DNA of 64,000 nt from Flavobacteriaceae bacterium (GTDB lineage: Bacteria > Bacteroidota > Bacteroidia > Flavobacteriales > Flavobacteriaceae), in assembly GCA_009693635.1 (NCBI GenBank), contig SHWW01000001.1, positions 2,549 through 66,548 on the forward strand, read 5' to 3'. This document shows positions 1-11,515 of this stretch, in pieces. Below the pieces are notes generated by a model, which saw only the letters and a program-made list of their open reading frames with translations, ran no database searches and was not told the DNA's origin. The translations under genes and the position numbers were made by a program. Every line of letters starts with the position of its first letter. The first letter of the stretch is position 1.

Positions 1-1308
1 CGTCATTTCGAGTGCATTATACACTCCGATAAGAGTTTTGATTGCCTCAATATTTTCAGGATCTAATTCCGTTACTTTTTCTAAATAAGGAATAACACTT
101 TTATAAACACCTTCTCTTTGGTTTTTCAAAATATCATATTTTTTCATTTCAGTAGGAGAAGTTCCTAACTTATTCATTTTTTCAATTAGAGCTTTTTCAG
201 CATCTAATTTCAAAATAGCTAAGTTTAAATAAGCATTTCCATATTTTGGATCAATTTCAATAGCCCTTAAATAATATTTTTCAGCTTCTACTAAATCCTT
301 ATTATTATAACTGATTACCCCTAAATTGAAATTTAAATCTACATTGTTTGGATTTTTCTCCAATGCCTCAGAAATCAATCTTTTATACGTAACCATATCA
401 TTTGATTTTAAATACAAATCAGATTCGATAAGTATCAACGATACATCTTCTGAACTTTGAATTCTAGCATCTCTAATAGCAGTTTTTGCTTCGTCTGACC
501 TTCCCAATTCTATTAATATTAAAGCAATGTTTTTTAATATTTCAGGTCGTTTAGAAGCAACTTTTTCATCACGAGGGTCGGTATACAATTTTAACTTTAT
601 CTTAGTATCTCTATCTAATTTTGCATCTTGTGTATTTCCAAAGTAATCTTCTTTATCCGTAAGCACATTTTTAGCATAATAAGCAGTGCATTCACCATTA
701 TAATTTAGAGATTTTAATTCTTCATAATATTGCAATGCTATGACATATTCTTTAGAATTAACAGCATAATTTGCAGCAAAATATAATTTTTCAACATCTT
801 TTTTATCTAAATCATATATATTAGCTAACACAAGAGCTGCGTCTTTAAGTTTTGATTCGTTTGCAAGAGCAATAGCGTAATTAATTAACATAGGCTTAAA
901 GGAATTTATCGTTTCTTCAATATCTTTAGTATAAACCTGTTTTCCTGATTTTTTTTCAAAAGATAAAGTAGCATTTAAATTAGAAACAAATTGACCAACA
1001 TTATCAACAGTAAGATATTTCATTATTAAACCTGGATTACTAATGTTTTCGGGCTTAGACATAACCAAAGTCAATTCTAAAATTGGTAACATTGCTTTAT
1101 AGAATCCAAAATAAACTTTGTCGTCTTCTGTAGAACTACTAACTAACGATTCTGCTTTTGATAAAGTTACTTTATATTCTGCAATATCTGCATCTGAAGT
1201 TTTCTCTCTTGCATATATTTTTTTAAGGGTTTTTAACTCGTCTTTTTGAGCAAAAGTTACTATATAAAACAACATTGCTGATACAAGTAATATTAATTTA
1301 CTTTTCAT
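1..1308 (-). CDS. Tetratricopeptide-repeat protein with signal peptide (3' end runs off the window; missing from ORF track)
   Basis: Open frame from ATG at 1308 (MKSKLILLVSAMLFYIVTFAQKDELK...) to the window edge; TPR-like helices such as LNFNLGVISYNNKDLVEAEKYYLRAIEIDPKYGNAYLNLA. Confidence 0.8.
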   Translation of the reverse strand, partial: MKSKLILLVSAMLFYIVTFAQKDELKTLKKIYAREKTSDADIAEYKVTLSKAESLVSSSTEDDKVYFGFYKAMLPILELTLVMSKPENISNPGLIMKYLTVDNVGQFVSNLNATLSFEKKSGKQVYTKDIEETINSFKPMLINYAIALANESKLKDAALVLANIYDLDKKDVEKLYFAANYAVNSKEYVIALQYYEELKSLNYNGECTAYYAKNVLTDKEDYFGNTQDAKLDRDTKIKLKLYTDPRDEKVASKRPEILKNIALILIELGRSDEAKTAIRDARIQSSEDVSLILIESDLYLKSNDMVTYKRLISEALEKNPNNVDLNFNLGVISYNNKDLVEAEKYYLRAIEIDPKYGNAYLNLAILKLDAEKALIEKMNKLGTSPTEMKKYDILKNQREGVYKSVIPYLEKVTELDPENIEAIKTLIGVYNALEMT

Positions 1309-1328
1309 AATTTAAATTTTATAATTAA

Positions 1329-3962
1329 TTATTCTTCACTATCATCGTCAGATTCATCGTCAGAATCCGCATCGTCATCGTCATCGTCGGAAACATCATC
1401 ATCATCATCGTCATCATCAGCAGCGCCCTCTTCATCTTCAAGAACTTCTAAAACTGGTTTCACTCTTTCGATAGCTTCCACTTCAATAACATTTCCATCT
1501 TCATCTAGAACTTCTTCAACTACATCGTCTTTCATAACTTTAGTTACAGCTGCAATAGAATCATTTCCTTTAATGTTGATTAGTTTTACCCCTTGTGTAG
1601 CACGACCCATTACTCTCAAATCTTCAACTGCCATTCTAATTGTTAATCCAGATTTGTTAATAATCATTAAATCATCTAAATCAGTTACAGCGTTAATAGA
1701 AATTAATTTACCAGTTTTCTCTGTTATGTTAAGTGTTTTTACACCTTTTCCGCCACGGTTAGTGATTCTATATTCATCAATACTTGAACGTTTTCCGTAA
1801 CCATTTTCAGCAACAACAAGTATTTCACTATTCATATCATTTACAGAAACCATTCCGATTACTTCGTCTGTTTCATCTCTTAAAGTAATTCCACGAACTC
1901 CAGAAGCCGTTCTTCCCATTGGACGAGTTTTGCTTTCTTCAAAACGAACCATTTTACCAGATTTAACAGCAATCATAATTTGACTGTTACCATCCGTAAG
2001 TTTCGCTTCTAATAATTCATCTCCTTCTTTAATGGTAATTGCTGCAACTCCGTTCACACGGGGTTTAGAATATTTATCAAGAGAGGTTTTCTTAACTTGA
2101 CCTTTCTTAGTAACCATTATAAGATTGTGACTATTGGTATAATCTTTATCTTTAAGATCTTGTGTACAAATAAATGCTTTAACTTTATCATCACTTTCAA
2201 TATTGATTAAGTTTTGCAATGCACGCCCTTTAGCCGTTTTGCTTCCTTCTGGAATTTCATAAACACGCATCCAGAAACATTTTCCTTTTTGAGTAAAGAA
2301 CATCATGTATTGATGATTTGTTGCCACAAACATGTGTTCTAAGAAATCTAAATCTCTTGTACCCGCACTTTTTTGTCCAACTCCTCCTCTATTTTGTGTT
2401 TTGTATTCTGAAAGATTAGTACGTTTAATATATCCTGCGTGCGAAATTGTAATTACTACGTTCTCATCGGCGATTAAATCTTCAATACTAACGTCTCCCC
2501 CAGAATATTCAATTAATGAACGACGGGCATCTCCGTATTTATCTCGAATTTCAACCAGTTCCTCTTTAATCAATTCTGTTCTTAAATTAACATCCGCTAA
2601 CAACTCTTTTAAGTGTCCAATCAATTTCATTAATTCATCATATTCAGCTCTTAACTTTTCTTGTTCAAGTCCTGTTAACTGACGCAACCGCATTTCTACG
2701 ATAGCACGAGATTGAATATCTGATAATTTGAATCTTTCAACTAATTTTTCTCTTGCTTCATCAGTGTTTTTTGAACTACGGATTAAGGCAATTACTTCGT
2801 CAATATTATCAGAAGCAATAATTAAACCTTCTAAAATATGCGCTCTTTCTTCGGCTTTTCTCAATTCAAATTGTGTTCTACGAACTACAACTTCATGACG
2901 GTGCTCTATGAAATAGTGAATCATATCCTTTAAATTCAACATCTGAGGACGGCCTTTCACTAAGGCAATATTATTTACACTAAAAGAAGATTGTAATTGT
3001 GTATATTTGTATAGCGTATTCAAAACTACGTTTGGCGTGGCATCTCTCTTTAAAATATATACAATTCGCATTCCGTTTCTATCCGATTCATCACGGATAT
3101 TGGCAATGCCTTCAATTTTTTTATCATTAACTAAATCCGCTGTTCTTTTAATCATATCGGCTTTATTCACCTGATATGGGATTTCAGTTACAATTATAGA
3201 TTCTCTTCCTTCAACCTCTTCAAAATTAACTTTAGCTCTCATTACAATTCTTCCACGACCTGTTTTGAATGCTTCACGAACACCTTCATAACCATATATT
3301 ATTCCACCAGTAGGAAAATCAGGTGCTTTAATATGATTCATCAATTCGTCAATTTCAATGTCTGTATTATCTAAATACGCTAATGTTCCATTTATAACTT
3401 CAGTTAAATTATGAGGCGGCATATTGGTAGCCATACCAACAGCAATTCCAGTTGCTCCGTTTATCAATAAAGTAGGAACTCTTGTAGGCATTACTTTTGG
3501 CTCATATAAAGTATCATCAAAATTCAATTGAAAATCAACGGTTTCTTTTTCGATATCTGCCATAATCTCTTCCGAAATTTTTCGCATTCTCGCTTCAGTA
3601 TAACGCATCGCTGCAGGACTATCGCCATCAACAGAACCAAAGTTACCTTGTCCGTCAACTAAAAGGTAACGCATACTCCATTCTTGAGCCATACGAACCA
3701 TCGCATCATAAACAGAAGTATCTCCGTGTGGATGGTACTTTCCTAAAACTTCTCCTACTATTCTAGCAGATTTTTTATGGGCAGATTTTGAGGTAATCCC
3801 TAATTCGTGCATTCCAAAAAGTACTCTTCGATGTACTGGTTTTAAACCATCTCTAACATCTGGAAGTGCTCGCGATACAATTACTGACATCGAATAATCG
3901 ATGTAAGCTGATTTCATTTCATCTTCTATGTTAATAGGAATTAACTTTTCTCCGTCAGACAT
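1329..3962 (-). CDS. gyrA: DNA gyrase subunit A
   Basis: HPHGD QRDR, catalytic AAMRYTE, GyrA-box QNRGGVG, beta-pinwheel repeats, acidic C-terminal tail. Confidence 0.98.
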   Translation of the reverse strand: MSDGEKLIPINIEDEMKSAYIDYSMSVIVSRALPDVRDGLKPVHRRVLFGMHELGITSKSAHKKSARIVGEVLGKYHPHGDTSVYDAMVRMAQEWSMRYLLVDGQGNFGSVDGDSPAAMRYTEARMRKISEEIMADIEKETVDFQLNFDDTLYEPKVMPTRVPTLLINGATGIAVGMATNMPPHNLTEVINGTLAYLDNTDIEIDELMNHIKAPDFPTGGIIYGYEGVREAFKTGRGRIVMRAKVNFEEVEGRESIIVTEIPYQVNKADMIKRTADLVNDKKIEGIANIRDESDRNGMRIVYILKRDATPNVVLNTLYKYTQLQSSFSVNNIALVKGRPQMLNLKDMIHYFIEHRHEVVVRRTQFELRKAEERAHILEGLIIASDNIDEVIALIRSSKNTDEAREKLVERFKLSDIQSRAIVEMRLRQLTGLEQEKLRAEYDELMKLIGHLKELLADVNLRTELIKEELVEIRDKYGDARRSLIEYSGGDVSIEDLIADENVVITISHAGYIKRTNLSEYKTQNRGGVGQKSAGTRDLDFLEHMFVATNHQYMMFFTQKGKCFWMRVYEIPEGSKTAKGRALQNLINIESDDKVKAFICTQDLKDKDYTNSHNLIMVTKKGQVKKTSLDKYSKPRVNGVAAITIKEGDELLEAKLTDGNSQIMIAVKSGKMVRFEESKTRPMGRTASGVRGITLRDETDEVIGMVSVNDMNSEILVVAENGYGKRSSIDEYRITNRGGKGVKTLNITEKTGKLISINAVTDLDDLMIINKSGLTIRMAVEDLRVMGRATQGVKLINIKGNDSIAAVTKVMKDDVVEEVLDEDGNVIEVEAIERVKPVLEVLEDEEGAADDDDDDDDVSDDDDDDADSDDESDDDSEE

Positions 3963-4227
3963 ATTATATAGTTATATTAAAAATTATTTTGTTTCAAAAA
4001 TCTTGCTAAGATAGTCTTTATAAAATATTTTTTACGCTAATTAGGACATAAATTTAGATGATTTATTAACAAATTTATAAGTTAATACAGTTAATAAATT
4101 AATTTTCAATATCTCTTTCATTATCAGAATTTTTTTTGTCACTTAGCTGACACCTTTAAGATAATAGGTATGATTTTTGTATTTATTATTTAAATTTACT
4201 AAATTTACAATAAGCAATTAATAATAT

Positions 4228-6780
4228 ATGGATGATAATTTTTCACCAAGAGTAAAAGATGTAATAACCTACAGTAAAGAGGAGGCCTTTCGTTTAGGTC
4301 ATGATTTTATTGGAACAGAACACTTAATGCTTGGTATCTTGAGAGATGGCAACGGAACAGCGATTGATATTTTGAATAATTTATCAATTGATTTGGATTT
4401 TTTACGTAGAAAAGTAGAAATTCTAAGTCCCGCAAATTCAAAGAGTGAAATGAACATTGAAAAGAAAAATTTACATCTAACCAGGCAAGCGGAAAGAGCA
4501 TTAAAGACTACTTTTCTTGAGGCTAAAGTGTTTCAAAGCACCTTAATTAGTACGGCACATTTACTATTGTGCATACTTCGGAACGAGAATGATCCAACAA
4601 CTAAGCTGCTTAATAAGCTAAAAATCGATTATGACACAGCTAAAGAACAATATCTAAATATGACACCAAATAGCAATGAAGGTGAATTCTTAGAAAATTT
4701 ACCAAAAGCAGAATCTTATAATGAAGATACAGGACAAGATGACAGTCTAAAAGTCGATGGTTTTAATGATCCTGGCAATAAATCAAACAAAAAATCTAAA
4801 ACGCCTGTTTTAGATAATTTTGGGAGGGATTTAACAGAAATGGCTGAAGAGGGAAAATTAGATCCTGTAGTAGGTCGAGAAAAAGAAATTGAGCGTGTTT
4901 CTCAGATTTTGAGTCGTCGTAAAAAAAACAATCCATTGCTAATTGGTGAGCCTGGAGTTGGAAAATCTGCAATTGCAGAAGGGCTTGCTTTGCGAATTAT
5001 CCAAAAGAAAGTGTCTCGTATTTTATTTAATAAACGAGTTGTAACGCTTGATTTAGCTAGCCTTGTTGCTGGAACAAAATATCGCGGACAATTTGAAGAA
5101 CGCATGAAAGCGGTAATGAATGAGTTAGAAAAGAATGATGATATAATTCTTTTTATTGATGAAATTCACACCATTGTTGGTGCTGGTGGGGCAACAGGCT
5201 CTTTAGATGCCTCCAATATGTTTAAACCTGCTCTTGCGCGTGGAGAAATTCAATGTATTGGCGCAACAACATTAGATGAATATAGACAATATATCGAGAA
5301 AGATGGGGCTTTAGAACGCCGTTTTCAAAAGATTATAGTCGAACCAACTTCTGTAGAAGAAACGATTACAATTTTGAATAACATCAAAAATAAATACGAA
5401 GACCACCATAATGTAACCTACACGGACGAAGCAATTGAGGCGTGTGTGAAATTAACAAACCGATATATGTCGGAGCGTTTTCTTCCTGATAAAGCCATTG
5501 ATGCGCTTGACGAAGCAGGATCTCGAGTTCATATTACCAATATAGAAGTTCCAAAAAAAATTTTAGAACTAGAAAGTCAACTGGAAGAAGTTCGCGAACT
5601 GAAAAATTCTGTTGTCAAAAGACAAAAATATGAAGAAGCTGCAAAACTTCGTGATGATGAAAAACGCATCGAAAAAGATTTGGCTATTGCACAAGAACAA
5701 TGGGAAGCAGATGCTAAAAATAATCGTATTTTAGTTACTGAAGATAATGTTGCCGATGTAGTTTCTATGATGACAGGAATACCTGTAAATCGTATTGCAG
5801 AAACTGAAAGTAATAAGTTAGCCAAACTTCCTGAGCTTATTCAAGGTAAAGTAGTTGGGCAAAATGAAGCTGTAATGAAAATCGCACGTTCGATTCAACG
5901 TAATCGTGCGGGATTGAAAGATCCAAACCGTCCAATTGGTTCCTTCATTTTCTTAGGACAAACTGGTGTTGGAAAAACACAATTAGCCAAAGTATTAGCC
6001 AAAGAGTTATTCGATTCTGAAAATGCTTTGATCCGAATTGATATGAGCGAATACATGGAAAAATTTGCGATTTCAAGATTAGTTGGAGCGCCTCCAGGAT
6101 ACGTTGGTTATGAAGAAGGTGGTCAATTAACCGAAAAAGTAAGAAGAAAACCTTATTGTGTAGTGTTATTAGATGAAATTGAAAAAGCACATCCTGATGT
6201 TTTTAATATGATGTTGCAAGTCTTGGACGATGGCTATTTAACAGATAGTTTAGGTCGTAAAATCGATTTTAAAAATACAATTATCATTATGACTTCTAAT
6301 ATTGGTGCGCGCCAACTGAAAGATTTCGGTCAAGGTGTAGGCTTTGGAACCGCTGCAAAAATTTTGCAAGCCGATGATAATTCTAAAAGCATCATTGAAA
6401 ACGCACTTAAAAAAGCATTTGCACCTGAATTTCTTAACAGAATTGACGATGTAATTGTTTTCAATGCCTTAGAAAAACACGATATTGATTTGATTATTGA
6501 AATCGAATTGAAAAAATTATATGTAAGAGTAAAAGAATTGGGTTATAATCTTAATTTATCAGATAGCGCAAAAGCGTTCATTGCCGAAAAAGGATTTGAC
6601 AAACAATTTGGTGCCAGACCTCTAAAAAGAGCCATTCAAAAATATGTTGAAGATGCTCTAGCAGAGGAAATCATAACAAGTAAAATTGCTTCGGGAGACG
6701 AAATTTATATGGATTTGGACGAAACTTTACAAGAATTATTCGTGAATGTAAAAAAAGCACCAGAACCTTTAAAACAATAG
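4228..6780 (+). CDS. clpC: ATP-dependent Clp protease ATP-binding subunit (ClpC type)
   Basis: Clp N-domain, two AAA+ modules (GEPGVGKS, GQTGVGKT), short UVR-like middle domain, VGFG ClpP-binding loop. Confidence 0.92.
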   Translation: MDDNFSPRVKDVITYSKEEAFRLGHDFIGTEHLMLGILRDGNGTAIDILNNLSIDLDFLRRKVEILSPANSKSEMNIEKKNLHLTRQAERALKTTFLEAKVFQSTLISTAHLLLCILRNENDPTTKLLNKLKIDYDTAKEQYLNMTPNSNEGEFLENLPKAESYNEDTGQDDSLKVDGFNDPGNKSNKKSKTPVLDNFGRDLTEMAEEGKLDPVVGREKEIERVSQILSRRKKNNPLLIGEPGVGKSAIAEGLALRIIQKKVSRILFNKRVVTLDLASLVAGTKYRGQFEERMKAVMNELEKNDDIILFIDEIHTIVGAGGATGSLDASNMFKPALARGEIQCIGATTLDEYRQYIEKDGALERRFQKIIVEPTSVEETITILNNIKNKYEDHHNVTYTDEAIEACVKLTNRYMSERFLPDKAIDALDEAGSRVHITNIEVPKKILELESQLEEVRELKNSVVKRQKYEEAAKLRDDEKRIEKDLAIAQEQWEADAKNNRILVTEDNVADVVSMMTGIPVNRIAETESNKLAKLPELIQGKVVGQNEAVMKIARSIQRNRAGLKDPNRPIGSFIFLGQTGVGKTQLAKVLAKELFDSENALIRIDMSEYMEKFAISRLVGAPPGYVGYEEGGQLTEKVRRKPYCVVLLDEIEKAHPDVFNMMLQVLDDGYLTDSLGRKIDFKNTIIIMTSNIGARQLKDFGQGVGFGTAAKILQADDNSKSIIENALKKAFAPEFLNRIDDVIVFNALEKHDIDLIIEIELKKLYVRVKELGYNLNLSDSAKAFIAEKGFDKQFGARPLKRAIQKYVEDALAEEIITSKIASGDEIYMDLDETLQELFVNVKKAPEPLKQ

Positions 6781-6807
6781 CTTTTGATACTTTGGAATAC
6801 TTAAAAA

Positions 6808-6842
6808 TAAACCCGCCTTGTTTTCTTGACATGGCGGGTTTA
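6808..6842 (+). terminator. Probable intrinsic terminator after clpC
   Basis: TAAACCCGCC...GGCGGGTTTA 10-bp inverted repeat 28 nt after the clpC stop. Confidence 0.7.
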
Positions 6843-6925
6843 ATCTTTAATATATTTCTATGTTTATATTAAAACAAATATATACATTTGGAAAATATTA
6901 GTTTTCTCATTTTTATAGATTATAT

Positions 6926-8299
6926 ATGTTGCAAGAAAAAGTTATCGTTGGAAGCGAAGAATGGTGTTCGTTCCCAATATTAAGTATTCCCACGATTAAA
7001 GCACGTGTAGATTCTGGTGCAAAAACATCGGCATTACACGCCATTAATATTGCTCCTTTTATTAAAGATGGGGAAAATTGGGTAAAATTTGACATCAATC
7101 CAATTCAGAATAATGTTAAAACTATTATTCATTGTGAATCGAAATTGGTTGATAAGAGAATTGTGAAAAGTTCTAGCGGATTTAGAGAACAACGCTACGT
7201 TATTGGGTCGGAACTTGAAATTGGCGGTAAAAAATGGGCTATTGAAATTACCTTGACAAATAGAGATTCAATGGGTTTCCGAATGCTTTTAGGTCGAGAA
7301 GCTATGAGCGGTAGAGTTCTAGTAGATCCAGAACAAAAATACTTGTTAGGCGAACCAACTTCCGATAAACTAACAGAATTGTATAAAACATCAGAAAAAG
7401 CAACCACAGGTTTACGTATTGGTTTATTAGCAAGTAATAAAGAACTGTATAGTAATAAAAGAATAATGGAAGCTGGAGAAATGCGAGGCCATGAAATGCA
7501 TTTTTTGAATATTAAAGAATGTTACATGAAACTAGACGCTACCACTCCTGAAATTCATTATCGTGGAGGTAGGATATTAGATAATTTTGACGCTATAATT
7601 CCAAGAATTCGTCCAAGTATTACTTTTTATGGTTGTGCGTTGACTCGTCAATTTGAAGCTTTGAAAGTTTATTGCTTGAATTCTGCGGCAGCAATAACAA
7701 AATCTCGTGACAAACTCTATTCTTTACAATTATTATTGAATAATGGTGTTGATATCCCTACAACAGGTTTCGCAAATTCGCCTTTAGATACAAATGATTT
7801 GATAAAAATGGTTGGTGGTCCGCCATTAATCGTAAAATTATTAGAAGGAACTCAAGGAAAAGGAGTTGTTTTAGCGGAAACAAAAAAAGCTGCAGAAAGT
7901 GTAATTAATGCTTTCAAAAGTTTAAATGCCAATATATTAGTTCAGGAATTTATTAAAGAAGCTGACGGAAAAGACATTCGCTGTTTTGTAATTGATGGAA
8001 AAGTTGTTGCGGCAATTCAACGTGAAGCAATGCCAGGAGAATTCAGAGCCAATATTCATTTGGGGGGAACTGCTTCAATCATAAAAGTTACTGCCGAAGA
8101 AAAACGAATCGCCATTAAAGCGACAAAAGCAATGGATTTGAAAGTGGCAGGAGTTGATATTATTCGTTCTGCAAAAGGCCCTTTATTGTTGGAAGTGAAT
8201 TCATCTCCAGGGCTTGAAGGTATTGAAGGTGCCACAAATAAAGATATTGCTGGCGAAATGATTTTGGCAATTGAGAAGAATTTCAAACACAAATTATAG
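6926..8299 (+). CDS. rimK: RimK-family ATP-grasp alpha-L-glutamate ligase fused to an N-terminal retropepsin-like (RimB-like) aspartic protease
   Basis: N-terminal ~150 aa with [14 protein letters not shown] and MLLGRE motifs; C-terminal RimK motifs [29 protein letters not shown]; TACATTTG -7 element at 6883-6890. Confidence 0.92.
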   Translation: MLQEKVIVGSEEWCSFPILSIPTIKARVDSGAKTSALHAINIAPFIKDGENWVKFDINPIQNNVKTIIHCESKLVDKRIVKSSSGFREQRYVIGSELEIGGKKWAIEITLTNRDSMGFRMLLGREAMSGRVLVDPEQKYLLGEPTSDKLTELYKTSEKATTGLRIGLLASNKELYSNKRIMEAGEMRGHEMHFLNIKECYMKLDATTPEIHYRGGRILDNFDAIIPRIRPSITFYGCALTRQFEALKVYCLNSAAAITKSRDKLYSLQLLLNNGVDIPTTGFANSPLDTNDLIKMVGGPPLIVKLLEGTQGKGVVLAETKKAAESVINAFKSLNANILVQEFIKEADGKDIRCFVIDGKVVAAIQREAMPGEFRANIHLGGTASIIKVTAEEKRIAIKATKAMDLKVAGVDIIRSAKGPLLLEVNSSPGLEGIEGATNKDIAGEMILAIEKNFKHKL

Positions 8300-8500
8300 T
8301 ATGATTTTAAAATCAGTATAAATAAATCTTTTTTTAGACGTTATTTTAAGAAGTCAACCAGTCTATTTTTTTATGATTGCGCAGCGGCTAGGGTTTTTTT
8401 CCTAATTAATTATATATTCAAAGCTGATGTTTAAATAAAAAAATGTTTTGCATTTATTGAGGAAAAGTCGAAGGAAATATAAAATTTTGAGTACTGGAAA

Positions 8501-9172
8501 TTAATCTACTTTCTTATAATTTCTTTCAAAACCAAGATATTTCAAAGCCAACATTGTTCTAAATTCTTTTTTTGACAATTGAAATAGATTTTTTGTCGAG
8601 TCCAATTTTATTGATTTGATTTTAGAGAGGGAATCTATTCTTCTTATGTCATTAACTGAATATAAGTCTCTTAATTTTAGATTTTTATTTCCAAAAGTGA
8701 TAAGTCGTATCTTCCAATAAATGGAATCCTTGGTGTTCAAAACAAAAGTTCTATTGATTTTAGACACTTTTTGACTATATGAAATAGAAAAAATTGTATC
8801 GTATTTAATCTCCTTAATTTCGACAGAATCTTTTAGTTTTCGATATTCTAAAAAAGTATTATCTTGAAAATACATTTTATTTTGAACTACTTTCATACTG
8901 TCTTTTAAAGTTTCGAATAATTCAAAACTAATTTTGTTCTTATCAATCCATTTGTAAAAGACATCTTTTTTGCTAACTACTAAATAGGTTGAATCGATGT
9001 TGATGTAACTTCCAGTAAAACGATATGGAATAGATACAATTACATTATCATCCATAGGCTGAATTTCATTAAATAGAAAAACTACTCCTTCATATGGAAC
9101 CTCTTCAGCTTTTTTACAGCTTAAAATTGAAACGCAAAAAAATCCGATTAGAACAAGGTCTATAATCCTCAT
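8501..9172 (-). CDS. Hypothetical lipoprotein
   Basis: 223-aa ORF; hydrophobic signal ending in lipobox ILSC, followed by KKAEE. Confidence 0.65.
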   Translation of the reverse strand: MRIIDLVLIGFFCVSILSCKKAEEVPYEGVVFLFNEIQPMDDNVIVSIPYRFTGSYINIDSTYLVVSKKDVFYKWIDKNKISFELFETLKDSMKVVQNKMYFQDNTFLEYRKLKDSVEIKEIKYDTIFSISYSQKVSKINRTFVLNTKDSIYWKIRLITFGNKNLKLRDLYSVNDIRRIDSLSKIKSIKLDSTKNLFQLSKKEFRTMLALKYLGFERNYKKVD

Positions 9173-9224
9173 ATTATTAGTTTCAAATGATAAAACTAAA
9201 ACTATGCCAATTAATAATTTAAAA

Positions 9225-10724
9225 TTAAACTTCCTCTATCATAAAGCTATTCAAGAATGCTACTGATTTTTGAATATCATAATGTAGAATTCGATCTTCT
9301 TTTACAAAAGGGACTTCTTCACGATATGATTTTAAGAACATTTCAATGAAATCACTTGACTTTAATGGACGTCTAAATTCCATTGCTTGTGATGCATTCA
9401 TTAATTCAATGGCAAGAATTCGCTCTAAATTATCCATAATTCGAAGCGCCTTCGAAGCTGCATTTGCACCCATACTTACATGATCTTCTTGACCATTGGA
9501 AGAAACAATACTATCAATACTGGCGGGAGTTGCCAATTGTTTATTTTGACTTGCAATACTTGCAGCGGTATATTGTGGAATCATAAATCCAGAATTTAGA
9601 CCTGAGTTATTCACTAAAAAAGTAGGTAGATTTCGCAATCCTGATATTAATTGGTAGGTTCGTCTTTCAGAAATACTTCCTAATTCTGCTAATGCAATCG
9701 CAAGAAAATCTAAAGAAATCGCCAAAGGTTGCCCGTGGAAATTTCCTCCAGAAAGTATCTGATCACTTTCTATAAATACATTCGGATTATCAGTAACTGA
9801 GTTGATTTCGGTTTTAAAAACTTTTTTTACATAATCAAGAGCATCTTTTGAAGCTCCGTGAACCTGAGCAATACATCGGAAAGAATAGGGGTCTTGAACG
9901 TGAGTTTTCGGTTGTACAATAATTTGGCTTCCCTCTAAAAACTCATTCACTCGATTTGCAGTAACAATTTGCCCTTTGTGAGGTCTGATAAAATGAATTA
10001 GCTCGTTAAAAGGCTCTTGTCTTCCATCAAATCCTTCCAAAGAAATCGTTCCAATTAAATCTGCTAAATAGGAATATTTAGTAGCTTTTATGAGGATATG
10101 TATTCCATAAGCGCTCATAAACTGCGTTCCGTTTAGTAATGCTAAACCTTCTTTGGATTGTAAAACAATTGGATTCCAACCAAAATGTTCCATCACCACG
10201 GAAGTTGGCTCTTTATTTCCGTTGAATACTACTTCACCTTCTCCTAAAAGTGGCAATGATAAATGTGCTAAAGGAGCCAAATCCCCCGAAGCGCCAAGCG
10301 ACCCTTGAGTATAAATTATAGGTAAAACATCATTATTATAAAAATCAATCAAACGTAAAACAGTCGCCAATTGCACCCCAGAATAACCGTAACTCAACGA
10401 TTGAATTTTTAATAACAACATCAACTTGACAATTTCAGACGGCACTTCATCACCAGTTCCACAAGCGTGAGACTTTACTAAATTTTCTTGAAGTTGTGAA
10501 AGGTTTTCATTCGAAATCTTAACATTACAAAGCGAACCAAAACCTGTATTTATACCATAAATTGCAGTTTCATTAGATTCCATTTTTTTATCTAAATAGT
10601 CTCTGCACTTTTGAATATTTACCTTTGCTTCTTCAGATAATTCAATTGATTTGTTATGACTGATAATTTCTTGAACCAATTCTAATGAAAGAATATCGTT
10701 ACTAATATAATGAATACTGCTCAT
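9225..10724 (-). CDS. hutH: Histidine ammonia-lyase
   Basis: YGINTGFG, MIO-forming GASGDLAPL, QDPYSFRC, GGNFHG, QEDHVSMG. Confidence 0.96.
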   Translation of the reverse strand: MSSIHYISNDILSLELVQEIISHNKSIELSEEAKVNIQKCRDYLDKKMESNETAIYGINTGFGSLCNVKISNENLSQLQENLVKSHACGTGDEVPSEIVKLMLLLKIQSLSYGYSGVQLATVLRLIDFYNNDVLPIIYTQGSLGASGDLAPLAHLSLPLLGEGEVVFNGNKEPTSVVMEHFGWNPIVLQSKEGLALLNGTQFMSAYGIHILIKATKYSYLADLIGTISLEGFDGRQEPFNELIHFIRPHKGQIVTANRVNEFLEGSQIIVQPKTHVQDPYSFRCIAQVHGASKDALDYVKKVFKTEINSVTDNPNVFIESDQILSGGNFHGQPLAISLDFLAIALAELGSISERRTYQLISGLRNLPTFLVNNSGLNSGFMIPQYTAASIASQNKQLATPASIDSIVSSNGQEDHVSMGANAASKALRIMDNLERILAIELMNASQAMEFRRPLKSSDFIEMFLKSYREEVPFVKEDRILHYDIQKSVAFLNSFMIEEV

Positions 10725-10799
10725 AATTTTCGTTTTGTTACAAGCACAAAATTCCGTAAATACTAATTATAAAGCAAGGTTTATTAGTTTATTTTGTGA

Positions 10800-11361
10800 T
10801 TATTGTAAAAATGATGTAAATTCAAGATAAGCATTTCGAATATTCTCAATAATATCAAAGGAAATAAATGCTTGGCAGCTCATTTTTGGAGCAGTAATAT
10901 TAGTTTTTAATCTATACAAATAAAATACTGAAATTGATGCATCTAAAGATTTGTATGATGGAACAACCAAACTTGAAATAATTACAGACAAAACATCGTC
11001 ATTTTCTTTGTTGATTTAATAACAATAAAAGGAACGTTGCATATCTAAATTATGGCCCAATCAATATTTGAATCGATTTGTATTTATTTTCGATATTTTT
11101 AACTTTTAAAGGTTACTAAAAGTGATCGGTTTCAACCATAACTTAAGAAATTGGAATTTTTAAAATCTCATAAATATATTTTGGAATATAAGGAGTTACA
11201 AAATCGAAACATTTATTAAAATACGCTTTTGAAGCCAAAACTAAAGAACCCATTTTACCTTAGTTTCCTGAAATAATTAATGTGTATCCTTAAATTCCAT
11301 TGTGAGTAAATTTATAAATAGGCCTATATCTTTTTGTGAATTCTTATCTATTAATTTCCAT
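10800..11361 (-). pseudogene. nnrD: Decayed NAD(P)H-hydrate dehydratase (NnrD, YjeF C-terminal family)
   Basis: Minus frame from 11361: [43 protein letters not shown]...VTPYIPKYIYEILKIPIS*VMVETD, resembling the THKG-GHALIIGGS-GKIGA-LASKA N-terminus; the 63-aa track ORF (DDVLSVIISSLV...FISFDIIENI) resembles the GDVLTGIITSLLAQ...ASDII C-terminus; middle deleted. Confidence 0.75.
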
Positions 11362-11502
11362 AAAATGATGTTTAAATAATTTAAAATTTACGATAAATAG
11401 CTGTTTATTTATTCATTTATCAAAATAAGTTTTATAAAATGAGAAATTCACATTAATTATTAATTTTAAAATAATCTATAATTTTTTGTTAGTAATAATT
11501 AC

Positions 11503-11510
11503 TACATTTG
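11503..11510 (+). promoter_or_regulatory. Bacteroidetes sigma-A -7 element (TACATTTG) for the thr leader/operon
   Basis: Matches TAnnTTTG; ends 5 nt before the leader ATG. Confidence 0.6.
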
Positions 11511-11515
11511 AGATT

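Noticed and set aside
1335-1445. TCA/TCG trinucleotide repeats
   Set aside because: They encode the acidic GyrA tail; not a separate repeat element or array
3700-3735. Thr at the GyrA Ser83-equivalent position (HGDTSVYD) as a quinolone-resistance allele
   Set aside because: Thr at this position is the usual flavobacterial wild-type state
8300-8500. Possible further gene remnant (minus frame ...TLAAAQS*KNRLVDFLK*)
   Set aside because: Too short and degenerate to assign without a search
9225-10724. hutH without hutU, hutI or hutG as a sign of a secondary-metabolite ammonia-lyase
   Set aside because: Sequence fits an ordinary histidase, no biosynthetic neighbours are present, and hut genes can be dispersed
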